Assembly: GCA_951406725.2 (NCBI GenBank)
Contig: OX597817.1
Coordinates: 98,642,001-98,706,000 of the forward strand
DNA: 64,000 nt
Direction of reading: 5' to 3'
Origin: Octopus vulgaris
Lineage: Eukaryota
The position numbers and the translations under genes are program-made. Each line of letters begins with the position of its first letter. The first letter of the stretch is position 1. Below the pieces are notes generated by a model. The model made no database searches. It saw nothing but the letters and a program-made list of their open reading frames with translations, and had not been told where the DNA came from. Positions 13,570 to 25,199 of the stretch are shown here, in pieces.

Positions 13570-16500
13570 CAGTGTTGCCAACTTAAAATCAGAATTTTAT
13601 GCTAAATTTCAGTAGAAAAAATACCAAAAAATGCTAAATATGACAAAAAAGTGCTAAAGACTAATTATATCAAAAAGCTTAATTTTTATTTACATTTTTA
13701 TTTATTTTCTTCAGCACTGAGAAACAATTTCTAGAATTTCACTGATTTGATCATTTTCAGCTGCAGTGCCTAGGTCTTGACTTCTGTATACATTCAAGGT
13801 CCCAAGTTTGTTAATTATGTGTTTTGGAATATTGAAATTTTTGCAACATTTGCCATATCTTTCCAGGCCATATTTTATAGACAGTATTGATCTAAGCATA
13901 GGAAGATGCATTTTGTTTTTCAATTTTGTTTTGATTACACCCATACTACTGAGCAACTGTGCAACTTCTGCATTTGAGTTTGGCAATGTCAATAGAATAA
14001 TGGCAAAATCTGCAACATCTCTAAAAGGATTTCTTCCAGTACCATCTTTATATTCCAAGACTTTCGGCCAGAATGCCTCAGTATTAGACATATTTGTCCA
14101 TTTAACTAAATGAATAAATTCAGTTTAATAGCATTCATCATCATCATCATCAGAAAATGGACGTTAAACGATAATGATGATGATGATGATGATGAATGCT
14201 ATTAAACTGAATTTTAATTGAAGCAATTTTTTCTTCATTTAAATGCATTACTTTTAAAACAGGTAAAATTGGCTCTTTGAAATGCTGCAAAATATTCTCT
14301 ACTGAAAAACATTTGATATTCCTCAGTATATTAATATTTCTGGCAAACGGTGCTTGAGCTCTTTATAAAGGCAGGATAAAAACTGTTGCGGGCTTTTGTG
14401 AATATTATTTTCTTCTATCTTTCTCTCGAACCTGTAGCCTAAATTTGGTATAGGATCCAGAAATTTTTCAATAAAAGCATCCGAGTCAAGAGGATCAATT
14501 CTATATGTTGGCAACACTATCATATCAACAACAGATTTGATCAAATTTGAAAAATCTTCAAGTAATTTTGTTTTGTCGGCAGTGTTTGATTCAAACAGTT
14601 TATTCACTTCCTGAACATGTTTTAAAATTGGATGTAAAAATGAAAGGTAAAGTTCATTCCTAGAATCACAAAACATTTCGTATAACATTTGTGCTGTAAA
14701 GCATTTTTCTTTTGTAGTTGTAGTTTGGAAGTGAGTTTGCAATTCAAACCATTGGCTTGAAATTCTATTTACTGCTGGTTCTACTGACAGCCACCTAGAT
14801 GTACAAGAATTCATGATCTTCAAAGGCTCTTTATCATTGATAGCAAGGTAAAGTTGTTTGTAGGCACTTTGTCTTGTTGAAGAATGAGAGGATCATTTAT
14901 AGATTTTGGATACTAAAAATTCTAAATTTATGGGCAAGTATTCAGCACAAGTGTGGGATACTGCTAACTGTAAAGAATGACATACATTCTTTTACTTGTT
15001 TCAGTCATTTGATTGCAGCCATGCTGGAGCACTGCCTAATAGAAGTGATGATGGAACTTCTTTTAATTTCTGGAAAACACCATTGTTGACTCCTATCATT
15101 ACTCTAACATTGTCGGTTCCTATAGCCAGTAAATTTTTTATATCTAATTTCTTTTTCACTAATTCAATTTTTAAGGCATCTACAATGCCATCTGCATCAC
15201 GTTTCTAAAGATACCATACTGAGATATGTATGTAGCACTTTTTTGTGAGTGTCACTATAATACATGATAACAATTCTTGACAACTTGTTTATCAATATAT
15301 CATTGGATTCATCTAATAACAGGCTAAATTTTTATCTTCTATATCAGAAATCAAATCTCCATCAAAATATGGAGCTAGAATATTTCTCACAATATTTGCA
15401 CATTTTGTACGAGTCAACTTCACTTTGGATATAATATCCCCATCAGACATATAATTCTTACAAAACTCTATTAAGTGATCACAGTTATTAAATGATGACT
15501 GGCAACTAATAAACATTGCCAAATTTGCTTCAAGCATAGATGTCTTATCATTTTTGGTTTTAATAAAATTGGTAAGAGGAATCATTTGCTGTGGAGTTGA
15601 TGCCTTATGTTTCGTTGCTTCACAGTGGCTTACTAAAAGACAATATTTTACCAACTTACTACACCTACAATATCTGCAATATGCTTTAGATTGGTCACTA
15701 GGTACTTCACACAACCACTTAGTAAATGCTGGCCTCTTAAGCCATTCCTTTCGGAATTTTTGCTTTGTTTTTTCTTTGCTCATTATAATGTAGTGGGAAG
15801 CAAGAAAATAAATTATATGATTAATAAAAATATAAAATTTAAAACACAACTTATCAGTTTGCCGCTAACAATTCTTTCATTTGTCATTAACAATTCTTGT
15901 GTTTGCTGCTTACATTTGTAAGCAGGTGAAGAATACTGATTCAGGATGCAGGGTGGCCAGCTTATAAATGGAACAGTAAAATCTGCAGAAATCCTAAAAC
16001 TGTGTTCTGATATAAACCTGAAAACATCATATTTTGCTTCCAATCTTACATTTAATATCTATTAGTAAAACCACAAATATAACTACAATACTTGAAAAAA
16101 AAAAGTATGTAGAAATATAAAGGGGGAAACCCCCACCACGCCCATACTTCTATACAAGATATATAATCAAAAACAAGCATGAAAAACACAGGCTTACTTT
16201 AAAGCAGTCAAACTGAAAGTAAATCAGTCAACCTGTCATGATAAAAACTCATCACTACAGAATAAAGCATTGTTAGGACGAATTTCCATGCTTTCATTCT
16301 TTGCAACATATTTACATTATTGTATAGTGAATTCAGCTGCTGACATGAGTTATCTTCTCCCCCTCCCCCCACAAGCACCACTCTGTATCCAAGCTGGTGG
16401 CAGGATGGCTTGAAAAGTTCATAACTTGATAAACTTTCATTTGAAGTTTCAATAAAGTGAAAGAAAAATTCAACAATAGCTGATAGTACTAAAATTTGGC

Positions 16501-17927
16501 TATAAGATACATTAACGAAAGTAGAAAAGGAGGAAAAAGAAGAAAAAAGGGTAACTACTGTGGAAATGTCATGATCAGAGAAAATGGATCTTTTCTAAAA
16601 GATGGACAGAATTTTCTACTTAACTAAATAATTTGAAACTTCGTATACTGGTCGAATGTGTCAAAAGAAAACATTAATTTCAATTAGTTTTTTTGAGAAA
16701 AATGTATTTTGTAACTTTTACGTAGTTTAATTCTTCAAATTTTAATCAATCGTATTCTCTGTTTTGAGCTCAATTCATTTGCTGCCGTGTTATTCATCCT
16801 TATCACTGTCTTCTGTGTTCTGTCTTCAAAGACTTCTCGCATGTTTATTTCAATGTCATCCCTGACTTACGGAATGATTACCTGTGTGTGTGTGTTTTTG
16901 TTGTGTATGTGTGTGCGTGTGTGTGTTTGTTGTGTGTGTGTGTGTGTTATTGTTGTGTATGTGTGTGCGTATGTGTGTTTGTTGTGTGTGTGTGTGTTAT
17001 TGTTGTGTATGTATGTGTCTGTGTGTGTTTGTTGTGTGTGTGTGTGTGTGTTTTTGTTGTGTATGTGTGCGTGTGTGTGTGTGTCTTTTTGTTGTGTATG
17101 TGTGTTTTTTTGTTGTGTATGTGTGCGTGAGTTGTGTATCTCTTAAATCGATGAATTTCGTCGCCCAATAAAAATATTAACGATATCAAAGTTCAAAAAA
17201 TATCGTTAATATTTTTATTGGACGACGAAATTCATCGATTTAAGAGATACACAACACACGCACACATACACAACAAAAAAAACACACGCACACATATACA
17301 CAACAAAAAGACACACACACACACATGCACACATACACAACAAAAACACACACACATACACAATAACACACACACACACAACACACACACACACATACAT
17401 ACACAACAATAACACACACACACATACACAACAATAACACACACACACACATACAACAAACACACACACGCACACACATACACAACAAAAACACGCATAC
17501 ACAGGTAATTGTTCCGTAAGTCAGGGATGACATTGAAATAAACATGCAAGAACCCTTTGAAGACAGAACACAGAAGACAGTGATAAGGATGAATAACACG
17601 GCAGCAAATGAATTGAGCTCAAAACAGAGAATACAATTGGTTAAAATTCGAAGAATTAAACTACGTAAAAGTTACAAAATACATTTTTCTCAAAAAAACT
17701 AATTGAAATTAATGTTTTCTTTTGACACATTCGACCAGTATACGAAGTTTCAAATTATTTAGTTAAGTAGAAAATTCTGTCCATCTTTTAGAAAAGATCC
17801 GAGAAAAATGCTAAAAAAATGCTAAATAAAATTTTAAACCTGCTATATGCTAGATCCAAAAATGTTCTGCTAAATGCTGAAAACAAATGCTAGATCTAGC
17901 ATAAAATATACTAAATTGGCAACCCTA
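13570..17927 (-). mobile_element. Full-length hAT DNA transposon with disrupted transposase (~13711-15790)
   Basis: TIRs CAGTGTTGCCAA / TTGGCAACCCTA; identical 8-bp TSD TCACTGAT (13562-13569, 17928-17935); N-terminal C2H2-like finger (CRYC..H..H), SRWLS motif and dimerisation motif (LPNSNAEV). Confidence 0.92.
16586..17800. mobile_element. 1.2-kb foldback/MITE (near-perfect palindrome, Mutator-like) nested in the hAT
   Basis: GGATCTTTTCTAAAAG...CTTTTAGAAAAGATCC; arms of ~600 bp including mirrored (GT)n/(CA)n tracts; short loop near 17187-17198; near-TSD gagaaaat / gagaaaaat. Confidence 0.88.
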
Positions 17928-18730
17928 TCACTGATACTAACATTACTTACACCAACATTAGTGGCACTAATTAGTGACGCTAACATTAAGAAAACTAATG
18001 ATACTGACAATTCTAACATTAAAGACACTAGAATTACATTAATATTAGTAATACTATAAATACAGATATTAACATTACTGATACCAACATCACTGACACT
18101 AAAATTATTATAGTAACATTACTCATACAAATATCATTGAGGTTTACATGAATAATACTAACATTACTGACATAAACATTATCACTAAAATTAATGACAT
18201 TAATTTAACTGCATTAGTGATCCTGACATTTCTGACTAATGTTACTGACACTGACATTCCTGTCATTAACATTAGTGACACTAACAATACTGATTCTAAC
18301 ATTGCCAACACTAACATTACAGATACTAACAACACTGATGCTAACACAAACATCTTAAAGTAAGTGATAACAACATTACAGTCACTAATGTAACATTAAT
18401 ATTCCTGACAATGACAGTACTAATATTACTGGCATAAATATTAGTAACACTCACATTGTGAACACTCATTGACAATAACATTAACATAAACACTAACATT
18501 ACTGACACAAAAATTACTGATATTAACATCATTCATACTAACATTACTGTTGCTAACATTCTTACACTAGCATTTTTTGATGCTAAGAAAACTGATTCCA
18601 GCATTATGAACAGAGACATCATTGTCAACAACATTACTGGTACTAATGTTACCAACCCTAACAGTACTTATTTTAACATTACAGATACTAAACAGTATCA
18701 TTCTAACACTAACATTGACAATAACTTTAA

Positions 18731-18915
18731 CCTTTTAGTGTTTAAACCGGCCACATCCGGCCAAAATATTCTACCTATTTTATGTTCAAACTAGTCAGAT
18801 ATGGTCATTCATAGCTATCTTATTGTGTCATTTTAAAAATAAACAATCACATCATTGAAATCTCAAAGCCATGAAATGATGCAAGATTAATTTTACAAAT
18901 CTGAATGCTAAAGGG
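18731..18915. mobile_element. piggyBac-like MITE
   Basis: TTAA|ccttttagtgttt...gaatgctaaaggg|TTAA. Confidence 0.7.
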
Positions 18916-19932
18916 TTAATGATTCTAACATTACTGATACTAAAATTAGTGACACTAATACTGCTTAAACTAATATTACTCACTAACATTACTGAAGCTC
19001 ACATTACTGAAACTAACATTTATGAAACAAATGTTACTAACATTATGCACACAAAGATTACTTACACGAAGATTACTTAATATTTTAAACATTAACATTA
19101 CTGATACAAACATTACAGATACTAACATTAATGATACAACTAATGTTGATACTATCATAATTGATACTATATTTAAATAAACATTAATGACACTAACAAT
19201 ACTGACACAAACATTACTAACATTAACGTTACTTATACTAGCATTACTAACATTAAAATTACTGACACTAACATTAGAGACACCAAAATTACTGAGACTA
19301 TAATTATTGATTCAAATATTCTCTCAAATCTTGGCACAAAGCCAGCAATTTCAGTGGGAGGGTGTTAGTCAATTATATCAACCCTAGTACTTGACTGGTA
19401 CTTTTGTTGATGCAGAAAAGATGAAAGGTAAAATTGGCCTTTGTAGGATTCAATTCTAATATTACTTACACTAACACTACTATATGAATATTACAGATAC
19501 TGACATTACTGCCATTACCATTAATAATGCCAACAATTCTGACAATAACATTACTGTTACCAACATTACCGAAATATTATTTTACCTACAATAACTTTAT
19601 TGAAGTAACATTATTAACATTAACATTACTTGCTAACTACTATTACTAACATTACTGACACTAACATTCCTGACATGGACATTATTATCACTAACATTAA
19701 TGATACTAACATTATTCATCTAATAACTGCTTCAAAAAGTGTCTATCCTACAAATATTTGCAAAATATATTTGACTCACAACAAAGCATACACACATGCA
19801 CACACACACACATGGACAGACAGAGACACAGAAAGATAGTGCAGGTAACAAATGGAATTAGCATGATGGTGCTGAGTCAAATTAAAAAGTTTGTTTTTCT
19901 TTTTCAAGCAATACTATACACATATCACCGAC

Positions 19933-20028
19933 CTTTTGATTGTAGGGTTTACTAGAAAAAGTTCAGGACTCATATAATATGGAGTACCAATCAATGTAGT
20001 TGCCATGTCACTTGAATTCTCTAACACT
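19933..20028 (-). CDS. NEK4: NEK4-like kinase exon (activation segment): VLENSSDMATTLIGTPYYMSPELF[S]SKPYNQK, with an apparent 1-nt deletion
   Basis: ttttAG acceptor and GTcggt donor; GTPYYMSPE motif. The exon is 96 nt, but 97 nt is needed to join phase 2 to phase 0. Confidence 0.9.
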
Positions 20029-21665
20029 CTAAAATAGAGAATTGAAGGAAAAGTTTGTTAGCAACCACAATTTCAGCAATAACACCAATATAAACAACAA
20101 TAAAACAGAAGATAGAACATGATCTGAGTTATTTTATTTTCTTCATATTGTATGGTTCATTTTTAGCAAAGATGGAACAAAAAATTCCTCAAAGATTTGC
20201 ATGAACTGTTAGATTATATACTTTCAGGAAAGTGGCCCTCCTAAGCACAACTGGATCAGAGCTACATCTTACATAGTAATATGCGAGTCGACCTGCACAG
20301 CAGACAAATATATCGATGAGGTGTCTAGCCTCGCTTTGATACACAAGCCTTGTTCTGAGCTACATGGCAGAAACTCTCAGTTGCTGCCAGGTTTCGGTCA
20401 AAGACAAATGTTTTTTCTGCAGCTCCATGCACAATCTCCCACGTGCAACTCACATGTCTATTTACCTCAACACAAGATATAAGGTTTGTAAACGAAGATA
20501 TTTTATCACACACACATTCTCAAAATGACTGTTCTCATTACACACATGCATACATACTGTAATTCAAATATTATACGTTACTTCTTTCGGTGCAAAAGCA
20601 AAAATCAAAACACACATGTTTTTGTATCATACTACATGCTTCCACCACAAAAGGTGAACACAGAATAAACAATATATTTATACACAAAAATGTCTTATGG
20701 TGATTCATACTAACTGTTTTTCCATTTAATAACATGCACTTGAAAGCCAACAACAGCAGGTATAAAATGGTGACCCCAGTAGCAGAGCTATGCAATTGTT
20801 CAACCATGAAATGGGAATGCTGTACATTTTTGTTAGATCAGATGAAGCATTAAAATTAATTTATCTCATCTAAAACAAATTACAGCATATAGTATGGTTT
20901 GAACTGAAGCTCTCAATAGTGACCAAATGACAAATTATCTTGAATATTCATTTATAACATTCAGACATTACTAGATATTCAAGTCAAAAATTTTAGTGAG
21001 TTCTTTAAAGTGTAATATAATATTGCAGATATTAATGAAATGATGATGATGATAATGAGGAGGAGAAGAATGATATCGTTATTCACACAAGGTTTTAAGA
21101 AATTAAGAATAATACAAGGATGAAAGGTTTTGCATCAAGTAAAAAGAAGGCAAAATCAACAAAAATGAGATAATAAATTATAAACAAGAATAGGTTCATA
21201 CAAATTCTGATTACTCTATTACATAAAAGGTTTCAACAGAGCCATCTCCTATTTACTTACCTTCTGTTTACGGCCACATAAGGTGAGTAGGCTTATTTAG
21301 CTTCATCAATCTTGCTGCTCTTACCTATCTTTCATAAAACACACTGGAAGGCACTCTCTCTCTCCACTCTCATTTTCTTCTTTAGTTGATACTTGACTGG
21401 ACAGGAAACACATTATCCTTAACACTTTTAGCTATATCCACCACACACACACGCAAACACTCACTCTCTCTCTCTCTCTCCCTCCCCTTTGCAACCAAGC
21501 AAATGAAAACTAGGTACCTTCCCTTGCTAGCAGACTTCTGTCAAGTACTTCTGTACTAGCAGAACTTATCCTGAACAGGCAAAGTACTTGTCAGACCAAG
21601 AACTTGGAGAAAATGTTCATAATTTCCCCAAAAGCTATCTACTACTTCTAAGGATCCCCCTGGAC

Positions 21666-21962
21666 TGGTGGTTCTTAACCTGAGGGCATGCAAGCCCTTG
21701 AGAAAAAGCAGGAATTTCTCTAATTATATTTGTTATTCTCTTAATGAAAGCATGGTCAAATAATGAGAAGATGAAAAATGCAAAGTATCATCTTATACCT
21801 TTAATTTTCATATTCTACCATCTTAGCACTGCTTACTATTTTCTGTACTTATTGACTCCACCTTCATATCCCCCAAAACTCTCACTAATTCTAAATTGTA
21901 GCTTTAATATTTGCCTTTATTTTATAATTTTTTTGTTACAAGACTCAAGTTAAGAACCACTG
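21666..21962. mobile_element. hAT-Charlie-like MITE
   Basis: TIRs tggtggttcttaac / gttaagaaccactg; TSD not preserved. Confidence 0.5.
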
Positions 21963-22428
21963 GTATAAAGCTTAGATTTTATTATCGTGTAAAGACAAAC
22001 ATCTTTTTCAGTTAATAGATTATAAACAAGTTTGATCCACAGTTTTCATATATATAAAATACTGTGATTCTTAAAAATCAAGAGACATGCTGAAACATTA
22101 TCACATCATTATAGTAACATACTAAGAAATATTAACTTATCAGATTTAAATATTACAAAAAGTACAAGGTAAAACTAAAAGCTATGCAAAATCTTTTCTT
22201 TTTAAAGAAACTTTTTTTATGTTTTCATACAAATAAATACAATATATTATTATACAAATTTTTCGTATAACTTTTCTTTTAATTTAACTATTATCCCAAA
22301 TTATTTTGCTTTAAATTTTTTCAGAACTTTTTACTCCAAGCATTCTTAATTGGGCCGTGACATTACCTTACACAGCCTATCTTTTGTTCACATATTTGCG
22401 TTGTCAACTGCACATCAAATAATTCGCA

Positions 22429-24020
22429 ATGAGTGTAAAGAAACGGAAGTATCTTGATGAATATATTCAATTTGGATTCATATCCCTCCAAAAGGGTGAT
22501 ACAGAAGTACCCCAGTGTGTGATATGTTACAAAACTTTGAGCAATGATGGAATGCAACCCTCTCACTTGGAACAACACATCCTGCTCTTGCAGACAAGCC
22601 CAAGGCATTCTTTTGAAATAAAAAGACATTCCTTGAAGCAAGCTAAGTTGGATGGTAGTGGGGCATTTCGGCAACAAACTTCAATGGTTGTTAAGGCTTC
22701 CTATTAGTTCGCCATATTGATTTCAAAGAGCAAGAAGAGCCATATAACATCGGAGAGTCTCTCATAAAACCAAGTCTACTTCATGAAGCAGAACTTGTTC
22801 TGGGGAAAGATAGTGCAAACAAGCTTTCCCAGATTTCACTATCAAACAATACAGTCAAGGGAAGGATCAACAACTTGTCTCAAAACATCAAATATCAAAT
22901 TCTCAACCATTTTGCCATCCAGTGTGATGAAATGACTGACATCGCTCAGTGTTCTCAGCTACTGGTGTATGCTCGTTTTGTGTCAGGCAACTGTGTAAAA
23001 GAGGAAATGTTCTGTCACCCTATGGATAGTTGTACAACAACAACAGATATTTTTTGTGATGGATCAAACTTCTTTCAGGAAAACCAACTTTTGTGGGATT
23101 CACTTGCAGGGTTGTGCACTGATGGAGCTCCAGCCATGCTTGGTCTGCAGTCTGGATTCATTACTAGGATGAAAGAAAAAAATCCATCTGTTGTAGGTAC
23201 ACACTGCATATTTCATCATAAAGCCTCAGCATCCAGAACCTAACCTACTGAAATGAGAAATGTCCTGAACATGGCTATCAAGGTTGTCAATTTTGTTGAA
23301 GGTGAAGCCTTAAACAGTCATCTTTTCAAACTGTTGTGTAAAGATATAGAATCTGAACATGAAGCATTGCTTTTTCACATGAATTTACAATGGCTATCAA
23401 AGGGGAATATACTTGGACAGCTTTATGACCTATGAGAAGTAGCAATATTTCTTGATTTGCAGAAGGTAGATCTCTATGACAAGTTTCAGTGTGAAGGCTT
23501 TCAGCTATTTCTAGCTTACCTAGTGGACATCTTCAAAGCATTGAATGCTCTTGGCCTTAAACTACAGAGGAAAAACAGCAACATTCTCATGCACCATGAC
23601 ACCATTTGAACTTTCATGGCCAAACTCAACCACTGGAAATGTTGCATTCAGCAGGGAAATACAGCTAATTTTAGTTACTTGGATTCTGCTCTCATTCATG
23701 GTAACCTTGATCCTGAGTTAAAGAAACAAATAATCACTCATCTGACTTGAAAACAGAATTCATCAGATACTTCCCAGATATAGAAGAAAAGCGTGAAGCT
23801 TGGAAATTCATCAGGAATCCATTTCAGTGTGAAGTGATTGATGTTTTGGATGAAGTGCAAGAAGAATTTCTTGAGCTGAAGTTCAACTCCCCAGCTAAGG
23901 AAGATTTCAAAGAACTGGATCTTGAAACATTCTAGATCAAGTAACTTCCTGTTAATCCTCTGATCTCAGATCAAGCTCTTTGGATTTTAGCTATGTTTGA
24001 ATCTATGTATCATTGTGAAG
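22429..24020 (+). mobile_element. Degraded hAT Buster/Charlie transposase
   Basis: KRKYLDEYIQFGF..PQCVIC BED finger; IQCDE, CTDGAPAM, THCIFH, QWLSKG motifs; multiple stops. Confidence 0.88.
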
Positions 24021-24084
24021 TTGTAAAGCCAAAAAGCTTTAAATTCCAGACCTTGCTTCCATACCTAAAATTTCTTCTCTAATT

Positions 24085-25175
24085 CTGACAGTGATTCAGC
24101 TATAAGAACAAGGTCATCAGCCTTCTTAAATTCCTTTGTTATGGCCTGAAGGACTCTGATGAACAAGAGGGACTGAGAATCAAACCTTGGTGGATTCCTA
24201 CTTGTACATTAAACTTGTTGCTATACTCATTGCCGACTTTCACCTTACTGACAGCATCCCTATACATGGCTTGTGCAACTCTCACCAACCACTAATCTAA
24301 CCCTAGCTTCCACATTGACCAACAGATAAAGGAGTGAGGGGATCTATCAAAGGCTTCTCCATGTTAACAAAAACCAAGTACAGAGATTTATTTTTTGGCT
24401 AAATGCTTCAGCTGCAGTTGCCTTACCAGGAGTATAACATCAGTAGTGCTTCTCCTTGGCACAAAACCAAACTCTGTCTCATCTTGACTTACTCTTCACT
24501 TAACTAGTTGAGCTTTGACCATCACGACCCAGTCCAGCAATTTGCTACCTCTGTAATTATTTCTGTCTAAGGTGTCACTTTTACCTTTGACTATACTGCT
24601 GCTACACCAGTCATTGGGTATGATCACTTGTGGACTACCTGATTAACTAGACAGGTGACTAGGCCATATCACATTTTGCCAGATATTGTGCATCTCAGCA
24701 GTGATTCCTGATAGGCCAGGGGCTTTCCCTGTCTTCATATCCTTAATTGCTTTATCTACCAAGCAACTTTCCATTCAGACAGCTGGTCCCTCTATTGGGT
24801 TAACGTTAGGGAGGCTCTCCTTCTCCTGTGGATTCACTATATTTAGCAGCCTTTCACATTAGCACTTCCAAGCCTTTCTTTGCAGAATCACTAACTGTAA
24901 GTGAACCATCATCCATGTGAATGCATTTCTCTCCAACATCATGATTTTCTATGACACACTATCTTGCCACCTGAAACACCTCAAGCCTCTGGTCCTCATG
25001 CTGCAGAACGTTGACAAACTTCTTCCTTTCTGCTTCTCCCCTGGTCAAGTACATCTCTCTCCTAGCTTCCCTTCTAGCAACCTGATATAATTCTCTGCTA
25101 GCAATGCACTTCCAGTTCTTCCAGGCCTGATTCTTTGCTCTAATGGCCCTATCTACTACACTGTTCCACCACTAT
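24085..25175 (-). mobile_element. Degraded RTE LINE fragment
   Basis: Reverse-complement similarity to the RTE at 28350-29400. Confidence 0.85.
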
Positions 25176-25199
25176 GATTGGAACTTTATATCAACCACT

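Larger units (their letters stand above)
12525..19730. repeat. Degenerate 15-bp minisatellite (consensus ~ACTAACATTACTGAC) interrupted by SINEs, MITEs and the hAT element
   Basis: attactgacactaac variants recur at 12525-13560 and 17936-19730; they explain the spurious ITDTN-repeat ORFs. Confidence 0.85.

Noticed and set aside
16787-17599. Cys/Val-rich and His/Thr-rich ORFs
   Set aside because: Translations of the (GT)n/(CA)n tracts in the foldback arms.
22429-24020. Domesticated ZBED/Buster gene
   Set aside because: Many stops and frameshifts; a decayed transposon.
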